The notes: generated from the sequence alone by a model not told the origin. DNA of 64,000 nt from Acholeplasma sp. (GCA_036677365.1 JAVBWN010000030.1:89422-153421); one strand, 5' to 3'. Positions 1 to 13,058 are shown, counted from the first letter of the stretch. Made by a program: numbers and translations.

Positions 1-1
1 T

Positions 2-1153
2 TCAATCCATATCGATGAACACCAAGTGGAATCTCGCGATACCAAATTAGGTAAAGAAGAGATCACCAGAGAAATTCCAAACGTATCTCCAGATGCGCTT
101 AAATTCCTAGACGACCGTGGGGTTGTGATCCCAGGGACTGAAGTCAAAGAAGGCGACATCCTAGTAGGTAAGATTACACCTAAAGGACAAACCGAACCGA
201 CCCCAGAGGAAAAACTCCTTCAAGCCATTTTCAATGAAAAGGCGAGAGAAGTGAGAGATACTTCCTTGAAAGTACCTCATGGCGGTGGTGGTATTGTTCA
301 TTCCATCCAATATTTCAGCAAAGGCAACGGCGATGAACTTGGGCCTGGCGTCAATGAAGTGATCCGTGTTTATATCGTGAAAAAACGCAAAATCTCCGAA
401 GGGGATAAGATGGCGGGACGTCACGGTAATAAAGGGGTTATCTCGAAGATTCTACCAAGAGAAGACATGCCTTACATGGCAGACGGTACACCGGTTGACA
501 TCATGTTAAACCCACTTGGGGTACCATCTCGTATGAATATCGGACAAGTCTTAGAAATCCATTTAGGTATGGCAGCTAAGAAACTTGGCATCAAAGTTGC
601 GACACCAGTCTTTGACGGTTTAACCCAAAAAGACTTAGAAGAAGTCATGGCAGAAGCAGGCATGTCTCCAGATGGCAAACAAGTACTCTATGATGGACGT
701 ACGGGTGAACCTTATGAAAACAAAGTATCTGTAGGTGTCATGTACATGATCAAACTTTCACACATGGTTGACGATAAGCTCCATGCGCGTTCTGTCGGTC
801 CTTACACTTTAGTTACCCAACAACCAATGGGTGGTAAAGCTCAAAACGGGGGACAACGTTTCGGGGAAATGGAAGTTTGGGCACTCTATGCTTATGGTGC
901 AGCACATACCCTTAAAGAAATTCTTACCGTTAAGTCAGATGACATCATCGGACGTAACAAAGTATACCGTGCGATTACCGATGGTAAACCAATCCCAGAT
1001 TCACACATTCCAGAATCCTTCCGCGTATTGACCAGAGAATTACAATCCTTGGGTCTTTATGTCGAATTAATCGATGCTGAAACGGGCGAAAATGAGGTTA
1101 ACAAGTCATTGGTCGATCAATCCAATCCATTCGAACGTAAAGGGGGATTCTAA
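2..1153 (+). CDS. rpoB: RNA polymerase beta subunit, C-terminal part (5' truncated by window)
   Basis: Motifs [45 protein letters not shown]; frame is open to the window edge. Confidence 0.99.
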   Translation, partial: SIHIDEHQVESRDTKLGKEEITREIPNVSPDALKFLDDRGVVIPGTEVKEGDILVGKITPKGQTEPTPEEKLLQAIFNEKAREVRDTSLKVPHGGGGIVHSIQYFSKGNGDELGPGVNEVIRVYIVKKRKISEGDKMAGRHGNKGVISKILPREDMPYMADGTPVDIMLNPLGVPSRMNIGQVLEIHLGMAAKKLGIKVATPVFDGLTQKDLEEVMAEAGMSPDGKQVLYDGRTGEPYENKVSVGVMYMIKLSHMVDDKLHARSVGPYTLVTQQPMGGKAQNGGQRFGEMEVWALYAYGAAHTLKEILTVKSDDIIGRNKVYRAITDGKPIPDSHIPESFRVLTRELQSLGLYVELIDAETGENEVNKSLVDQSNPFERKGGF

Positions 1154-1156
1154 TAT

Positions 1157-4100
1157 ATGGCAAAAGATAACAAAAAAGTGTCCATTGTAGATTTAAAATT
1201 ATCTGCAGAAACCACAGAATACCTAACCCTTTCGGGGATCGATACCTTAGAAGATTTCAATACATTCACACTTAAAGAATTGCGTTTACTTTTAAAGACA
1301 GATGCGGCTTTTAACGAAGTCGTGCCTGTCTTAAAGAAGTACGTATTGCCAAGTGCTGTTGAAAACCTAGCCCTCTCTAAAGAATTAGAAAGAGCTTTAA
1401 ATGAACTCGGTATTGTTGAAACGAAAGCCTTATTGGCATTATCTAAAGAAGCCCTTCATGACATCATTAATCATGACGGACTCTTATACGACGAACTTGC
1501 GAAATTATTTAATATGTATGGCGTAGTGCTTCCTGAAAAAGAAGCGTTGGTCCATGACCACCACCATGCAGATGATTTGGTCCAAGACGTTGAAGCTGAA
1601 ACCCACATCAACACCCCAATCAGTGTCGATGCGTATGTCAAAGCAGCTCAAGCAAAACCTAAAAACAAAGCGTATGGGTCAACCGACTATTCCCACTTAA
1701 AGATCAGATTGGCTTCTCCAGATGAAATTCGTTCTTGGAGCTATGGTGAAGTTTTAAAACACGAAACCATCAACTATAGAACCTTAAAACCTGAAGAAGG
1801 CGGTCTATTCTGCGAACGTATTTTCGGTCCAACCAAAGATTATCAATGCCTATGTGGTAAAAAACGTAACTTGGACAAAGGTCAAATCTGCGACAAGTGC
1901 GGCGTTGAAATCACAGAATCCAAAGTCAGAAGAGAACGTATGGGACACATCGAACTCGAAGCCCCAGTCGTACACACTTGGTACTTAAAGAACTCCCCTT
2001 CAAGATTGGCTTTATTACTCGATATTAAAGCGAAAGACTTAGAAGAAGTTGTTTATTTAGCAAGCTACATCGTCACTGACCCAGGGGATACCCCATTGTC
2101 GAAGAAACAAATTCTTTCGGAAATGGAATACAACCAATACTACGAACAATATGGCAATAAGTTCAAAGCGATGACTGGTGCAGAAGCCGTTAAAAAGCTT
2201 TTACAAGACATCGATTTAGACAAAGAAGTGAAGTCGTTAAGACGTAAACTTAAATCCCCATCGAAACAAAAACGTGACCGTGTCATCAAGAGACTCGAAG
2301 TCGTTGAAGCCTTCAACAATTCAGACAACAAACCTGAATGGATGGTATTAGACGTACTGCCAGTCATCCCACCAGACATTCGTCCGATGGTTGCTTTGGA
2401 TGGTGGTCGTTTCGCAACTACCGACTTAAACGACTTGTATCGTCGTATCTTAAACCGTAACAACCGTCTCAAACGTCAAAAAGAACAAAATGCGCCACGC
2501 TTAATTATGAAGAATGAAAAGCGTATGTTACAAGAAGCGGTCGACGCTTTGATTGATAACGCTAAACGTGGTAAGAAAGCCGTTGTTGAAAGAAATAGAC
2601 ACTTGAAATCCTTATCCGATATGCTTCGTGGTAAGCAAGGTCGTTTCCGTCAAAACTTACTTGGTAAACGCGTGGACTTCTCAGGTCGTTCCGTCATCAT
2701 CGTCGGACCAGACCTTGAAATGTACCAATGTGGTATCCCAAGAGAAATGGCGATCATTTTATTCAAACCATTCGTTTTAAGAGAACTCACCAAACGTAAA
2801 GAAACCATCCAAGCGGCTAAACGTTCCTATGAAGCATTAGATGATGATGCATGGAGCGCATTAGAAGCGGTTGTTGTAGAACATCCAGTGTTGTTAAACC
2901 GTGCGCCAACCCTCCACAGACTTGGGATTCAAGCCTTTGAACCTAAATTAATTGAAGGTAAAGCAATCCGTCTACACCCACTCGTTACAACGGCGTTCAA
3001 CGCAGACTTTGACGGTGACCAAATGGCGGTCCACGTCCCACTTTCTCACGAAGCACAAGCCGAAGCGAGATTGTTGATGTTGGCTTCCAATAACATTTTG
3101 AACCCTAAAGATGGTAAACCGGTCGTTACCCCATCTCAAGATATGGTCTTGGGCAACTACTACTTAACCATGTCCAAACGCAATGAACCAAACGAAGGTC
3201 ATTTCTATACCGGTTACGATGAAGCTTATATGGCTTATAAAAACGGTGAAATTACCCTCCATACTTTAATTGTGTTTGATCCAAAAACCTTACCACATGC
3301 GTTCACTGAAGCACAAAGAAATGCGTATTTAGTCACCACACTCGGTAAGGCGATATTCAACCAAATCTTACCACCAAGCTTCCCATTTTTAAACGAACCA
3401 AGTTCATCGAACTTAGTCGATAAAACACCAGACAAATATTTCATTAAGAAAGGTTTAAATGTCAGAGAACTCATCAAAGAGATGCCTCTACCTAAACCAT
3501 TCGATAAGAAGTATTTATCCTTAATCATTGCGGAAGTATTCAAACAATTCCAAATCAATGAAACTTCGAAGATGCTAGACCGTTTGAAAGACCTTGGATT
3601 CAAATATTCTACCGTGGCTGGTATTACCGTATCGGCTTCTGACATGGTCGTTTATACCAAGAAACAAGAACGTCTAAAACAAGCCGAAGAGAAGATTGCT
3701 GAAATCGACGAATACTTTGATGATGGCGTCCTTACCGAATCTGAACGTAAAAAATTGGTTGTCAACGAATGGAAAGTCGCTGGGGAAGATATTCAAGCGG
3801 GCGTCATGAGCGAGTTCGACACCACCGGTCAATTATTCATCATATTTGACTCCGGTGCGCGTGGTAACAAATCGCACTTCTCGCAATTACTTGGTATGCG
3901 CGGTCTGATGACCAACCCTACCGGGGAAACCATTGAAATCCCAGTTAAAGCAAACTTTAGAGAAGGTCTATCTGTATCCGAATTCTTTATTTCCACCCAC
4001 GGTGCGCGTAAAGGTTCGACCGATACCGCGTTAAAGACCGCGGAATCGGGTTACTTGACCAGACGTTTAGTTGACGTTTCACAAGACGTGATCGTTGACC

Positions 4101-5275
4101 TAGAAGATTGCCAAACCGAAAAAGGTGTTGTCATGGAAGCCATCCGTGACAATGACGGAAAAGAAACGGTTGCTTTATTCGACCGTATCATTGGCCGTTA
4201 TGCATCCTCACCGGTGATTCATCCAACCACCAAAGAAGTCTTAGTCGACCGTAACCAACTCATCACCAATGAACTTGGCGAAGTGGTCGTTAAAGCAGGC
4301 GTGAAGTCTGTTGAAATCCGTAGCGTCCTCACATGTAATTCTGTCAATGGCGTATGTAAACTATGCTATGGTAGAAACCTCGCAACCAACAAATCTGTGG
4401 AAGTTGGGGAAGCCGTTGGGGTCATCGCTGCACAATCGATTGGTGAACCAGGTACGCAGTTAACCATGCGTACATTCCACACGGGTGGGGTTGCTTCGGC
4501 ATCCGACATCACCGCCGGTCTCCCACGTATTCAAGAATTGTTCGAAGCACGTAAACCTAAAGGGGTCTCTGTGATCTCTGAAGTTGCGGGTAAAGTTCGA
4601 ATGATTGAAACGTCTAAGGCAGGCTCCGTGGTAACCATCGTTTCTGACCAAACACAAAATGGTGAACCGAAAGAATACAAATATACGTTAGATTCCAGTG
4701 CTCAACTCTTAGTGAAGAAGAACCAAGTCGTCAAGGCTGGGGATCGTCTAAACAAGGGTTCAATCCATCCGAAAGAATTACTCCGCGTATCTTCTGCGGA
4801 AGCGGTTGAAAAATACATCGTTGAAGAAGCTCAAAAAGTATACCGTGCTCAAGGGGTAGAAATCAGCGATAAGCACTTCGAAATCATCGTGCATCAAATG
4901 CTTAGAAAGATTTCTGTCATATTTGAAGGCGACACCGAATTACTCCCAGGTTCGAAGGTTTCTATCGCAGAATTTAAAGCTGCCAACAAGAAGGCCATCG
5001 CTGCTAGATTACGTCCTGCAGTGGGTCAACCTGAACTCTTGGGTATTACCCGTGCTTCCTTACAAAGCGACTCCTTCTTATCCGCTGCATCCTTCCAAGA
5101 AACGACACGTATCCTTACAGACGCTGCTATTCACGGCAAGACCGATGAATTGCACGGCTTAAAAGAAAATGTCATCATTGGTGGCTTAATCCCAGCAGGT
5201 ACAGGTATCCTCAAAGACAAGTACTTCCACTACGAAGAACCGGTCATTGATGACGAAGAATTCGAACAAGCGTAA
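1157..5275 (+). CDS. rpoC: RNA polymerase beta' subunit with ~175-aa N-terminal extension
   Basis: NADFDGDQM active-site motif, Zn ribbon [21 protein letters not shown]; follows rpoB. Confidence 0.99.
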   Translation: MAKDNKKVSIVDLKLSAETTEYLTLSGIDTLEDFNTFTLKELRLLLKTDAAFNEVVPVLKKYVLPSAVENLALSKELERALNELGIVETKALLALSKEALHDIINHDGLLYDELAKLFNMYGVVLPEKEALVHDHHHADDLVQDVEAETHINTPISVDAYVKAAQAKPKNKAYGSTDYSHLKIRLASPDEIRSWSYGEVLKHETINYRTLKPEEGGLFCERIFGPTKDYQCLCGKKRNLDKGQICDKCGVEITESKVRRERMGHIELEAPVVHTWYLKNSPSRLALLLDIKAKDLEEVVYLASYIVTDPGDTPLSKKQILSEMEYNQYYEQYGNKFKAMTGAEAVKKLLQDIDLDKEVKSLRRKLKSPSKQKRDRVIKRLEVVEAFNNSDNKPEWMVLDVLPVIPPDIRPMVALDGGRFATTDLNDLYRRILNRNNRLKRQKEQNAPRLIMKNEKRMLQEAVDALIDNAKRGKKAVVERNRHLKSLSDMLRGKQGRFRQNLLGKRVDFSGRSVIIVGPDLEMYQCGIPREMAIILFKPFVLRELTKRKETIQAAKRSYEALDDDAWSALEAVVVEHPVLLNRAPTLHRLGIQAFEPKLIEGKAIRLHPLVTTAFNADFDGDQMAVHVPLSHEAQAEARLLMLASNNILNPKDGKPVVTPSQDMVLGNYYLTMSKRNEPNEGHFYTGYDEAYMAYKNGEITLHTLIVFDPKTLPHAFTEAQRNAYLVTTLGKAIFNQILPPSFPFLNEPSSSNLVDKTPDKYFIKKGLNVRELIKEMPLPKPFDKKYLSLIIAEVFKQFQINETSKMLDRLKDLGFKYSTVAGITVSASDMVVYTKKQERLKQAEEKIAEIDEYFDDGVLTESERKKLVVNEWKVAGEDIQAGVMSEFDTTGQLFIIFDSGARGNKSHFSQLLGMRGLMTNPTGETIEIPVKANFREGLSVSEFFISTHGARKGSTDTALKTAESGYLTRRLVDVSQDVIVDLEDCQTEKGVVMEAIRDNDGKETVALFDRIIGRYASSPVIHPTTKEVLVDRNQLITNELGEVVVKAGVKSVEIRSVLTCNSVNGVCKLCYGRNLATNKSVEVGEAVGVIAAQSIGEPGTQLTMRTFHTGGVASASDITAGLPRIQELFEARKPKGVSVISEVAGKVRMIETSKAGSVVTIVSDQTQNGEPKEYKYTLDSSAQLLVKKNQVVKAGDRLNKGSIHPKELLRVSSAEAVEKYIVEEAQKVYRAQGVEISDKHFEIIVHQMLRKISVIFEGDTELLPGSKVSIAEFKAANKKAIAARLRPAVGQPELLGITRASLQSDSFLSAASFQETTRILTDAAIHGKTDELHGLKENVIIGGLIPAGTGILKDKYFHYEEPVIDDEEFEQA

Positions 5276-5289
5276 ATTTAAGTCGATAT

Positions 5290-5321
5290 AGGCGCGTGCT
5301 CACGTACGCGCCTTATTATTT
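5290..5321 (+). terminator. Intrinsic terminator after rpoC
   Basis: AGGCGCGTG/TACGCGCCT stem followed by TATTATTT. Confidence 0.65.
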
Positions 5322-5343
5322 ACAATAATTTTGATAAAAATGG

Positions 5344-5372
5344 TTGACATTGAAAACCATAAAAGGTATAAT
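5344..5372 (+). promoter_or_regulatory. Sigma70 promoter of the str operon
   Basis: TTGACA (5344-49), 17-bp spacer, TATAAT (5367-72): perfect consensus. Confidence 0.9.
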
Positions 5373-5492
5373 AAAAACGCTGTAAAAAAGAGTCTCAGCC
5401 CAATTCATTTTGGCCCTTCATAAAGCCAAAATAAATTTTTTGAGAAAAAAAAGAAACACACGGTCATGTGTTAATCTAGAAAGGAGAAAACA

Positions 5493-5960
5493 ATGCCTAC
5501 AATTGCACAACTCGTTAGAGACGGTAGACAAGACAAGGTAACAAAATCTAAAGCCCCATACCTAGGGATTGGATTAAACACGCTTAAGAAGAAAGAAACA
5601 AGTGTTAACTCACCACAAAAACGCGGGGTATGCGTTCGTGTCACTACCATGACACCTAAGAAACCAAACTCAGCGTTACGTAAGTATGCGCGTGTTAGAT
5701 TATCTAACGGTATCGAAGTCAACGCGTACATTCCAGGTGAAGGACATTCACTACAAGAACACAGCGTCGTCCTTATCCGTGGTGGTCGTGTTAAAGACCT
5801 ACCAGGGGTTAGATACCACATCGTTCGTGGCACATTAGATACTTCTGGTGTTGCTAACCGTAAACAAGCCCGTTCAAAATACGGTGCTAAACGTCCTAAA
5901 GCGATTCCAGCAGGAAAAGCACCAGCAGGAAAAACCGCTACACCAGCAAAGAAAAAATAA
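5493..5960 (+). CDS. rpsL: 30S ribosomal protein S12
   Basis: [30 protein letters not shown]. Confidence 0.99.
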   Translation: MPTIAQLVRDGRQDKVTKSKAPYLGIGLNTLKKKETSVNSPQKRGVCVRVTTMTPKKPNSALRKYARVRLSNGIEVNAYIPGEGHSLQEHSVVLIRGGRVKDLPGVRYHIVRGTLDTSGVANRKQARSKYGAKRPKAIPAGKAPAGKTATPAKKK

Positions 5961-6006
5961 CATCTAATTTAAAATTATTCAGTATATCTGAAAGGAGGAT
6001 ATAAAT

Positions 6007-6477
6007 ATGCCAAGAAAAGGACATATCGCTAAACGTGATGTTTTACCTGACCCAATTTACAATTCTAAACTTGTAACACGTATTATCAATACAATCATGC
6101 TAGATGGTAAAAAAGGCACGGCTCAAGGTATTTTATACGGTGCTTTTGATCGTATTAAAGCTGAAACCGGTCGTGAACCAATCGAAGTTTTCAATGAAGC
6201 ATTAAAAAATATCATGCCAGTACTTGAAGTACGTTCAAGACGTATTGGCGGACAAAACTATCAAGTTCCAGTTGAGGTGCGTGCTGAGCGTAAAACAACT
6301 TTAGGTCTTAGATGGTTGATCAACTACTCTCGCTTAAGACATGAAAAAACCATGGAAGAAAAATTAGCGAAAGAAATTATGGACGCTGCAAATGGACAAG
6401 GCGCAGCAGTCAAGAAACGTGAAGATACCCACAGAATGGCCGAAGCCAACAGAGCTTTCGCACATTACCGTTGGTAA
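6007..6477 (+). CDS. rpsG: 30S ribosomal protein S7
   Basis: MPRKG...LPDPIYNS, C-terminal [12 protein letters not shown]. Confidence 0.99.
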   Translation: MPRKGHIAKRDVLPDPIYNSKLVTRIINTIMLDGKKGTAQGILYGAFDRIKAETGREPIEVFNEALKNIMPVLEVRSRRIGGQNYQVPVEVRAERKTTLGLRWLINYSRLRHEKTMEEKLAKEIMDAANGQGAAVKKREDTHRMAEANRAFAHYRW

Positions 6478-6495
6478 TCAGAAGGAGTTATTAGT

Positions 6496-8565
6496 ATGCC
6501 TCGTGAATTTCCTTTAAATAAGACTCGTAATATCGGTATTATGGCCCATATTGACGCGGGTAAAACAACAACTACAGAACGCATTCTATTCCACACTGGT
6601 AAAATCCACAAAATGGGTGAAACACACGATGGTGCATCCCAAATGGACTGGATGGAACAAGAACAAGAACGCGGTATTACGATCACATCAGCAGCTACCA
6701 CTGCTTATTGGAGAGGTCACCGTATTAACGTCATCGATACCCCAGGGCACGTCGACTTCACGGTTGAAGTTCAACGTAGCTTAAGAGTATTGGACGGCGC
6801 TGTTACAGTTCTAGATGCACAAGCTGGCGTAGAGCCACAAACAGAAACCGTTTGGAGACAAGCGACTGAATATAAAGTCCCACGTGTCATTTTCGTCAAT
6901 AAGATGGATAAGACTGGTGCTGATTTCTTCTATTCAATCAAAACCATCCACAACCGTTTAGGGGTTAAGGCTTCCCCTATCCAAATTCCAATTGGATCTG
7001 AAACATTCTTTGAAGGGATCATCGACATCGTGTCGATGAAAGCATACCATTTCGATGGTAACGCAGAAGAAAATTCAACTGAAATTGCTATCCCTGAAAA
7101 GTTAATGGACATTGTTAAACAAAAGAGAATTGAACTCATTGAAGCGGTTGCTGAATTTGATGAAGACATGATGGTTGCATACCTTGATGGTGAAGAAATT
7201 TCTCCTGAGGTATTAAAAGGTGCCATCCGTAAGGGTACCCTTTCCGTTGAATTCTTCCCAGTCATCTGCGGTTCTGCTTTCAAAAACAAAGGCGTTAAGT
7301 TGATGCTAGACGCAGTCGTAGATTATCTACCTGCACCTACCGACATCGCTGACGTTGTTGGTCACGATGAACACGGTCAAGAAATGCACCGTGCAACCGA
7401 TGACTCACAACCATTCACTGCGCTTGCTTTCAAAGTTATGACAGACCCATTCGTTGGCCGTCTAACATTCTTTAGAATATATGCAGGTACAGTTCAACAA
7501 GGTTCATACATCTTGAATACCACCAAAGGTAAGAGAGAACGTCTAGGCCGCTTGCTACAAATGCATGCGAACCATAGAGAAGAAATCAAAGAGGCTTACG
7601 CGGGCGATATCGCTGCAGCGATTGGTCTTAAAGATACAACCACAGGGGATACACTTGCGAGTGAAAAAGATACCATTATCCTTGAATCCATGAAGTTCCC
7701 TGAACCTGTTATTAACATCGCGATCGAACCAAAAACCAAGAACGACCAAGACAAGATGTCTAATGCGTTAACAAAACTTGCTGAAGAAGACCCAACTTTC
7801 CGTGTATTTACCGATAAAGAAACTGGTCAAACCATCATCGCTGGTATGGGTGAATTACACCTTGATATCATCGTTGACCGTATGAGAAGAGAATTTAAGG
7901 TAGAAGCAAACGTGGGTGCACCACAAGTTTCTTACCGTGAAACCATCACAGGTACTGCCGATATTGAAGGTAAATTCATCCGTCAATCCGGTGGTAGAGG
8001 TCAATATGGTCACGTTTGGATCAAGTTTGAACCAAACCCTGGCAAAGGCTTCGAATTCGTGGATGCTGTCGTGGGTGGTACTGTGCCTAGAGAATACATT
8101 GGCGTTGTCCAAAAAGGTCTTGAAGAAGCACTACCTAACGGTATCTTGGCTGGTTACCCAGTCATGGACGTTAAAGCGACATTATTCGATGGGTCCTACC
8201 ATGATGTCGACTCCTCAGAAATGGCTTATAAGATTGCTGCTGCCATCGCACTTAAAGGTGCTAAAGACAAATGTGGCGCAACCATCCTTGAACCAATCAT
8301 GAAAGTCGAAATCGTTGTACCAGATGAATATGTTGGTAACGTCATTGGTGACATCACTTCCCGTAGAGGTCGCCTTGAAGCACAAGAATCTAGAGGTAAC
8401 GCGATTGGTATTAAAGCGAACGTTCCACTATCTGAAATGTTCGGTTACGCTACCGCATTACGTTCTAACTCACAAGGTCGTGCAACATTCGTGATGCAAT
8501 TCGACCACTACGAAAGAGCACCGAAGTCCATCGCTGAAGAAATCATCAAGAAGCGTAACGCCTAG
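6496..8565 (+). CDS. fusA: Elongation factor G
   Basis: [27 protein letters not shown]. Confidence 0.99.
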   Translation: MPREFPLNKTRNIGIMAHIDAGKTTTTERILFHTGKIHKMGETHDGASQMDWMEQEQERGITITSAATTAYWRGHRINVIDTPGHVDFTVEVQRSLRVLDGAVTVLDAQAGVEPQTETVWRQATEYKVPRVIFVNKMDKTGADFFYSIKTIHNRLGVKASPIQIPIGSETFFEGIIDIVSMKAYHFDGNAEENSTEIAIPEKLMDIVKQKRIELIEAVAEFDEDMMVAYLDGEEISPEVLKGAIRKGTLSVEFFPVICGSAFKNKGVKLMLDAVVDYLPAPTDIADVVGHDEHGQEMHRATDDSQPFTALAFKVMTDPFVGRLTFFRIYAGTVQQGSYILNTTKGKRERLGRLLQMHANHREEIKEAYAGDIAAAIGLKDTTTGDTLASEKDTIILESMKFPEPVINIAIEPKTKNDQDKMSNALTKLAEEDPTFRVFTDKETGQTIIAGMGELHLDIIVDRMRREFKVEANVGAPQVSYRETITGTADIEGKFIRQSGGRGQYGHVWIKFEPNPGKGFEFVDAVVGGTVPREYIGVVQKGLEEALPNGILAGYPVMDVKATLFDGSYHDVDSSEMAYKIAAAIALKGAKDKCGATILEPIMKVEIVVPDEYVGNVIGDITSRRGRLEAQESRGNAIGIKANVPLSEMFGYATALRSNSQGRATFVMQFDHYERAPKSIAEEIIKKRNA

Positions 8566-8569
8566 GTAC

Positions 8570-8598
8570 TTGCAAAAACATATTATTTGATATAAAAT
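8570..8598 (+). promoter_or_regulatory. Internal tuf promoter
   Basis: TTGCAA-17-TAAAAT between fusA and tuf. Confidence 0.65.
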
Positions 8599-8650
8599 AA
8601 TAGTTGGTACAAACTAAGAAAAAAACACACACTATAAGGAGAATAAAAAA

Positions 8651-9835
8651 ATGGCAAAACAAAAATTTGAACGTACTAAGCCGCACGTTAACGTTGGAAC
8701 CATTGGCCACGTTGACCATGGTAAAACAACATTAACCGCAGCTATTTCAACAGTTCTTTCTAAAAAAGGTTTAGCTGAAGTTAGAGACTATGCTTCTATC
8801 GACAGTGCACCTGAAGAAAAAGAACGCGGTATTACCATCAATACTGCACACATCGAATACCAAACTTTAAAGCGTCACTATGCACACGTTGACTGCCCAG
8901 GACATGCTGACTATGTCAAGAACATGATCACTGGTGCTGCTCAAATGGACGGTGGTATCTTAGTAGTTTCTGCAGCAGACGGCCCTATGCCACAAACTCG
9001 CGAACACATCTTACTATCTCGTCAAGTGGGCGTGCCTAAACTTGTTGTATTCTTAAACAAATGCGACATGGTTGACGACGAAGAATTGATCGACTTAGTC
9101 GAAATGGAAGTACGCGAATTACTTTCTGAATATGACTTCCCAGGCGATGAAATCCCATTCATCCGTGGTTCCGCTTTGAAAGCACTTGAAGGCGACGCTG
9201 CATGGGTTGGCAAAATCGAAGAATTGATGGACGCTGTTGATACTTATATCGACAACCCAGTTCGCGAAATCGACAAACCTTTCTTAATGCCAGTAGAAGA
9301 CGTATTCACCATCACAGGTCGTGGTACTGTTGCTACAGGTAGAGTTGAACGTGGTACAATCAACATCAACACCGAAGTTGAAATCGTTGGTATCCATGAC
9401 ACATTAAAGACCGTCGTTACTGGCGTTGAAATGTTCCGTAAATTATTAGACAGAGCAGAAGCTGGTGACAACATTGGTGCGTTATTACGTGGTATTACCC
9501 GTGATAAGATCCAAAGAGGTCAAGTATTGGCTAAACCAGGCTCCGTTAAACCGCATGCTAAGTTTGAAGCACAAGTATACGTTCTTTCAAAAGAAGAAGG
9601 TGGACGTCATACAGCGTTCTTCTCCAACTATAGACCACAATTCTATTTCCGTACAACTGACATCACTGGTGTCATCACTTTACAAGAAGGTACAGAAATG
9701 GTTATGCCAGGGGACAACACAGTCATGATCGTTGAACTTATCCACCCAATCGCTATCGAAGAAGGTACTAAGTTCTCTATCCGTGAAGGTGGACGTACTG
9801 TCGGCGCGGGTTCCGTTGTCAAGATTCTTGAATAA
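8651..9835 (+). CDS. tuf: Elongation factor Tu
   Basis: [31 protein letters not shown]. Confidence 0.99.
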   Translation: MAKQKFERTKPHVNVGTIGHVDHGKTTLTAAISTVLSKKGLAEVRDYASIDSAPEEKERGITINTAHIEYQTLKRHYAHVDCPGHADYVKNMITGAAQMDGGILVVSAADGPMPQTREHILLSRQVGVPKLVVFLNKCDMVDDEELIDLVEMEVRELLSEYDFPGDEIPFIRGSALKALEGDAAWVGKIEELMDAVDTYIDNPVREIDKPFLMPVEDVFTITGRGTVATGRVERGTININTEVEIVGIHDTLKTVVTGVEMFRKLLDRAEAGDNIGALLRGITRDKIQRGQVLAKPGSVKPHAKFEAQVYVLSKEEGGRHTAFFSNYRPQFYFRTTDITGVITLQEGTEMVMPGDNTVMIVELIHPIAIEEGTKFSIREGGRTVGAGSVVKILE

Positions 9836-9850
9836 TTGAAACCAACTTCT

Positions 9851-9886
9851 AAAACCATACAAGCAATTGTGTGGTTTTTTCTTTTT
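9851..9886 (+). terminator. Terminator after tuf
   Basis: AAAACCATACAA/TTGTGTGGTTTT stem plus T-run. Confidence 0.75.
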
Positions 9887-9963
9887 AAAATCAATCGTGT
9901 TTATCTTATGATAAAATGGATATAGTCAAATGTAAAAATGAGACATTTTTCTTAGGTGATATT

Positions 9964-10728
9964 ATGATTATCGACACACATGCACATTTAAATATCGATG
10001 AATTCAGTGCTGAAATTGAGGCGGTTTTGAATCGTGCTCTAGCGGCGGATGTTCAAAAAATAGTGGTTATCGGCATGAATAAACAGGCCAATCAACGCGG
10101 GATTGAATTAACTTCATACAAAGCGCTCTATGCGACGGTTGGGGTTCATCCAGCCGATGTCCATGAAGGGTTAGATTTGGAACTATTAAAACAACAATTA
10201 AAACACCCTAAGGTGGTTGCTATTGGTGAAATTGGGTTGGATTTATATTGGGTGAAAGATAACTTACCACTTCAAATCAAGATATTTAAGAAGCAACTGG
10301 ATTTGGCAATCGAACTCAACTTACCTGTGGTTATCCACATGCGCGATAGTGCACAAGAAATTTACGATGTGATTAGACACTACCCTGGTTTAAAAGGGGT
10401 CATGCACTGTTTCAGTGCAGACATAGATTGGGCCGTAAAGTTCATGGATTTGGGTCTTTATATTGGTATCGGTGGACCGGTCACATTCAAAAATAATATG
10501 ACTGCTAAAATTGTAGCAGAACGCATACCGATAGAGCGACTACTGGTAGAAACAGATAGCCCTTATTTGGCACCAGCACCTCATCGTGGCAAACGAAATG
10601 AACCTGCTTATACGCACTTAGTGGTCGAAGAAATCGCTCGACTTAGAGGTGTTTCAAAGGAAGAAATATCCAAAAAAACATCAGAAAACGCGATTCGTTT
10701 ATTTGGTTTAGTGGAGGATTTATCATGA
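9964..10728 (+). CDS. tatD: TatD family nuclease
   Basis: IDTHAH, GVHP, GEIGLD, HCFS, ETDSPYLAP; start moved to ATG 9964 after the AGGTGA RBS. Confidence 0.93.
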   Translation: MIIDTHAHLNIDEFSAEIEAVLNRALAADVQKIVVIGMNKQANQRGIELTSYKALYATVGVHPADVHEGLDLELLKQQLKHPKVVAIGEIGLDLYWVKDNLPLQIKIFKKQLDLAIELNLPVVIHMRDSAQEIYDVIRHYPGLKGVMHCFSADIDWAVKFMDLGLYIGIGGPVTFKNNMTAKIVAERIPIERLLVETDSPYLAPAPHRGKRNEPAYTHLVVEEIARLRGVSKEEISKKTSENAIRLFGLVEDLS

Positions 10729-11792
10729 AAAAAATAATGATATTCAGTTTATTATTTATATTTATATTCACACTTTCTGGGTGTGTTCAAAGGGAATCAA
10801 CAACCTATACACTGGCGGATGTACAATCACAAATCACTGAAATTTATGACCGTGTGTCACCGATGACCGTCGCGGTGGTCTCCTACGAAGAAAGCAATTA
10901 TGCCAGCAAAGTAGGTCACGGTTCGGGTTTAATTTATGACCGCGTGGATGCTTCTGGTACATACACTTATTATGTGATTACCAATTATCATGTGGTTGAA
11001 TCTCAAGCCCATATTCGCATTTATAATGGTGCTAAATATTATAACGCTACACCGTTTGCTGTACATGAACCTGAGGACCTAGCGTTAGTCACATTCAATA
11101 CAACAGATGATTTGCCATATTATGGTGTGGATCAGTTTTCTGGCAATAAAATCGTCACCCCTGTTGTGGGTTCATTTGTCATCGCCATCGGTACACCACT
11201 CGATTTAGATTTCTTCAATACAGCTACGATTGGTATCGTTGGGAGAACTCGAAATAACAGAATCGTTCAACACGACGCAGCCATCAATCCAGGCAATAGT
11301 GGTGGACCACTATTTGATTTGGCAGGTAATTTACTTGGTTTCAATACATGGAAACGTACAACCACAGTCACGAAAGATGGAGAGATTGCTGTGGATGGCA
11401 TTGGGTTCGCCATTTCGATGACGGTTGCGAGATCTGTGGTCACCAGTTTAAGGGTAACCCAAACTTCTGTGTTTGAATCCGCCAAAATTGGGATTACTGT
11501 GATGAATATTGCAGATGCAATCACCAATAAATTCGGTGGTATTCGCCCGGAATTTATTGAAGAAACGCAAACTGCTGGGGTATATGTGGATTCAATTGTT
11601 CCGCTCAGACCAGCGGTAGGTAAGCTGTTTGAACATGATATCATCACCCATGTGAATGATGAAATCATTGTCAATTTAGAATCTTTGGGTTTGTTATTGT
11701 CAGGGATGAAGTTTGGTGATACACTGAATTTGACAGTGAGAAGATATACCAATAATCAATTCGTAACAGTCCAAGTCAGCATCACTGTATAG
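10725..11792 (+). CDS. HtrA/S1C trypsin-like serine protease lipoprotein with PDZ domain
   Basis: Lipobox LSGC; triad motifs TNYHV, DLA, NPGNSGGPL; C-terminal PDZ-like region. Confidence 0.9.
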   Translation: MKKIMIFSLLFIFIFTLSGCVQRESTTYTLADVQSQITEIYDRVSPMTVAVVSYEESNYASKVGHGSGLIYDRVDASGTYTYYVITNYHVVESQAHIRIYNGAKYYNATPFAVHEPEDLALVTFNTTDDLPYYGVDQFSGNKIVTPVVGSFVIAIGTPLDLDFFNTATIGIVGRTRNNRIVQHDAAINPGNSGGPLFDLAGNLLGFNTWKRTTTVTKDGEIAVDGIGFAISMTVARSVVTSLRVTQTSVFESAKIGITVMNIADAITNKFGGIRPEFIEETQTAGVYVDSIVPLRPAVGKLFEHDIITHVNDEIIVNLESLGLLLSGMKFGDTLNLTVRRYTNNQFVTVQVSITV

Positions 11793-11801
11793 GAGGCAAT
11801 C

Positions 11802-12581
11802 ATGACATTCAGCAGCATGTTATTTAAAATCGAAACGGGTCAACCATTAAACGATAAAAGCATAGAAAAATTAGCCAAAAAAATGTATTTAGCGCCTTCA
11901 TCTGCACGCAGTTTTCTATACACTTTGTGGCTTTTAACTATTTTATTGTTTTTGGCCCTCGCAGCTGTGGACGGATTAAAACCGGTCTCGCCACTCGTTG
12001 TTTATGTATTCGCCGTCGGATTATTGATTGGATTGATTCTATATGCAATATTGCCAAAATACATCCGTATTCACCAATACTTGAACGCTGTAGATACTTT
12101 TTATGAAACCAAGTTCAGTGGACTAGATCATTATGATTTATACTATATCGGGCAACACCGTTCACCACATGTTCGAACACTCAAATCCAACAAAATTTAT
12201 CTTTTGACCGATGGACATCACTTGCTATTTATCGACGATTATTTTAAGGATACTAAGTACCAGTTACCACGTATATTTAGCGCAGATAAACCTGTTAATT
12301 TGCGTGTGATCGACGCTGAAAAAAACGATCAATCACGTGTCTTAATTGACATATCTGAGGTTGAACACTACGTATCATCGAAGCGTGATTTACCTCTCAA
12401 TAAAAAACCATTGAATCCAAAATATCAACGCATATTTGAAACATTTTTAGATCAAGATCCACACATGGATGAACAATACTTCGTCACCCTAAAACTTTAT
12501 AATGGCGCGGTTTTCCGATTAGGATATGACGCCTATAAAGCACTCAAATTTGCGATACCACTAAAGGATAAAACACGATGA
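11802..12581 (+). CDS. Hypothetical membrane protein (2 TM plus soluble domain)
   Basis: AGGAGG RBS, two hydrophobic segments, ATGA overlap with the next gene. Confidence 0.75.
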   Translation: MTFSSMLFKIETGQPLNDKSIEKLAKKMYLAPSSARSFLYTLWLLTILLFLALAAVDGLKPVSPLVVYVFAVGLLIGLILYAILPKYIRIHQYLNAVDTFYETKFSGLDHYDLYYIGQHRSPHVRTLKSNKIYLLTDGHHLLFIDDYFKDTKYQLPRIFSADKPVNLRVIDAEKNDQSRVLIDISEVEHYVSSKRDLPLNKKPLNPKYQRIFETFLDQDPHMDEQYFVTLKLYNGAVFRLGYDAYKALKFAIPLKDKTR

Positions 12582-13048
12582 GTGACGTTCAAAAAGTAGC
12601 CCAAATTTTGATGGAATATGAGTATAAGATTGCTTTTGCTGAATCCATGACTGGTGGCGCACTTGTGTCTGAACTTGTGAAGATTCCCAATGTATCATCG
12701 ATCCTAGACTACAGTGTGGTAACCTACTCGGAATTGGCCAAAGAAACGGTGTTGGGTATTCCAAAAATGTTGTTTGATGTCCATGGTGTGGTTTCTAAAG
12801 TCATCGCCATTGAAATGGCAAAAAATATCGCAACTATAGCAAAAGCCGAAGTCGGTGTTGGCATCACAGGCAATGCTGGACCCACAGCACAAGCCAATTC
12901 ACAAGTGGGTGAAGTGTGGTTTGCCTTTTACTATCAAGGAGAATCCTATAGTTATCACTTGCAACTAAAAAATGAAGGTAGAGAAGCCATCATTGAACAT
13001 GCGAAAAAAGTGGTCTATCAAATGTTATTAAAACTGCTTACAAAATGA
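12578..13048 (+). CDS. CinA C-terminal / PncC-like NMN deamidase family protein
   Basis: AESMTGG, VVTYS, GVVS, GITGNAGP motifs. Confidence 0.88.
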   Translation: MSDVQKVAQILMEYEYKIAFAESMTGGALVSELVKIPNVSSILDYSVVTYSELAKETVLGIPKMLFDVHGVVSKVIAIEMAKNIATIAKAEVGVGITGNAGPTAQANSQVGEVWFAFYYQGESYSYHLQLKNEGREAIIEHAKKVVYQMLLKLLTK

Positions 13049-13058
13049 CAAAAAACGT

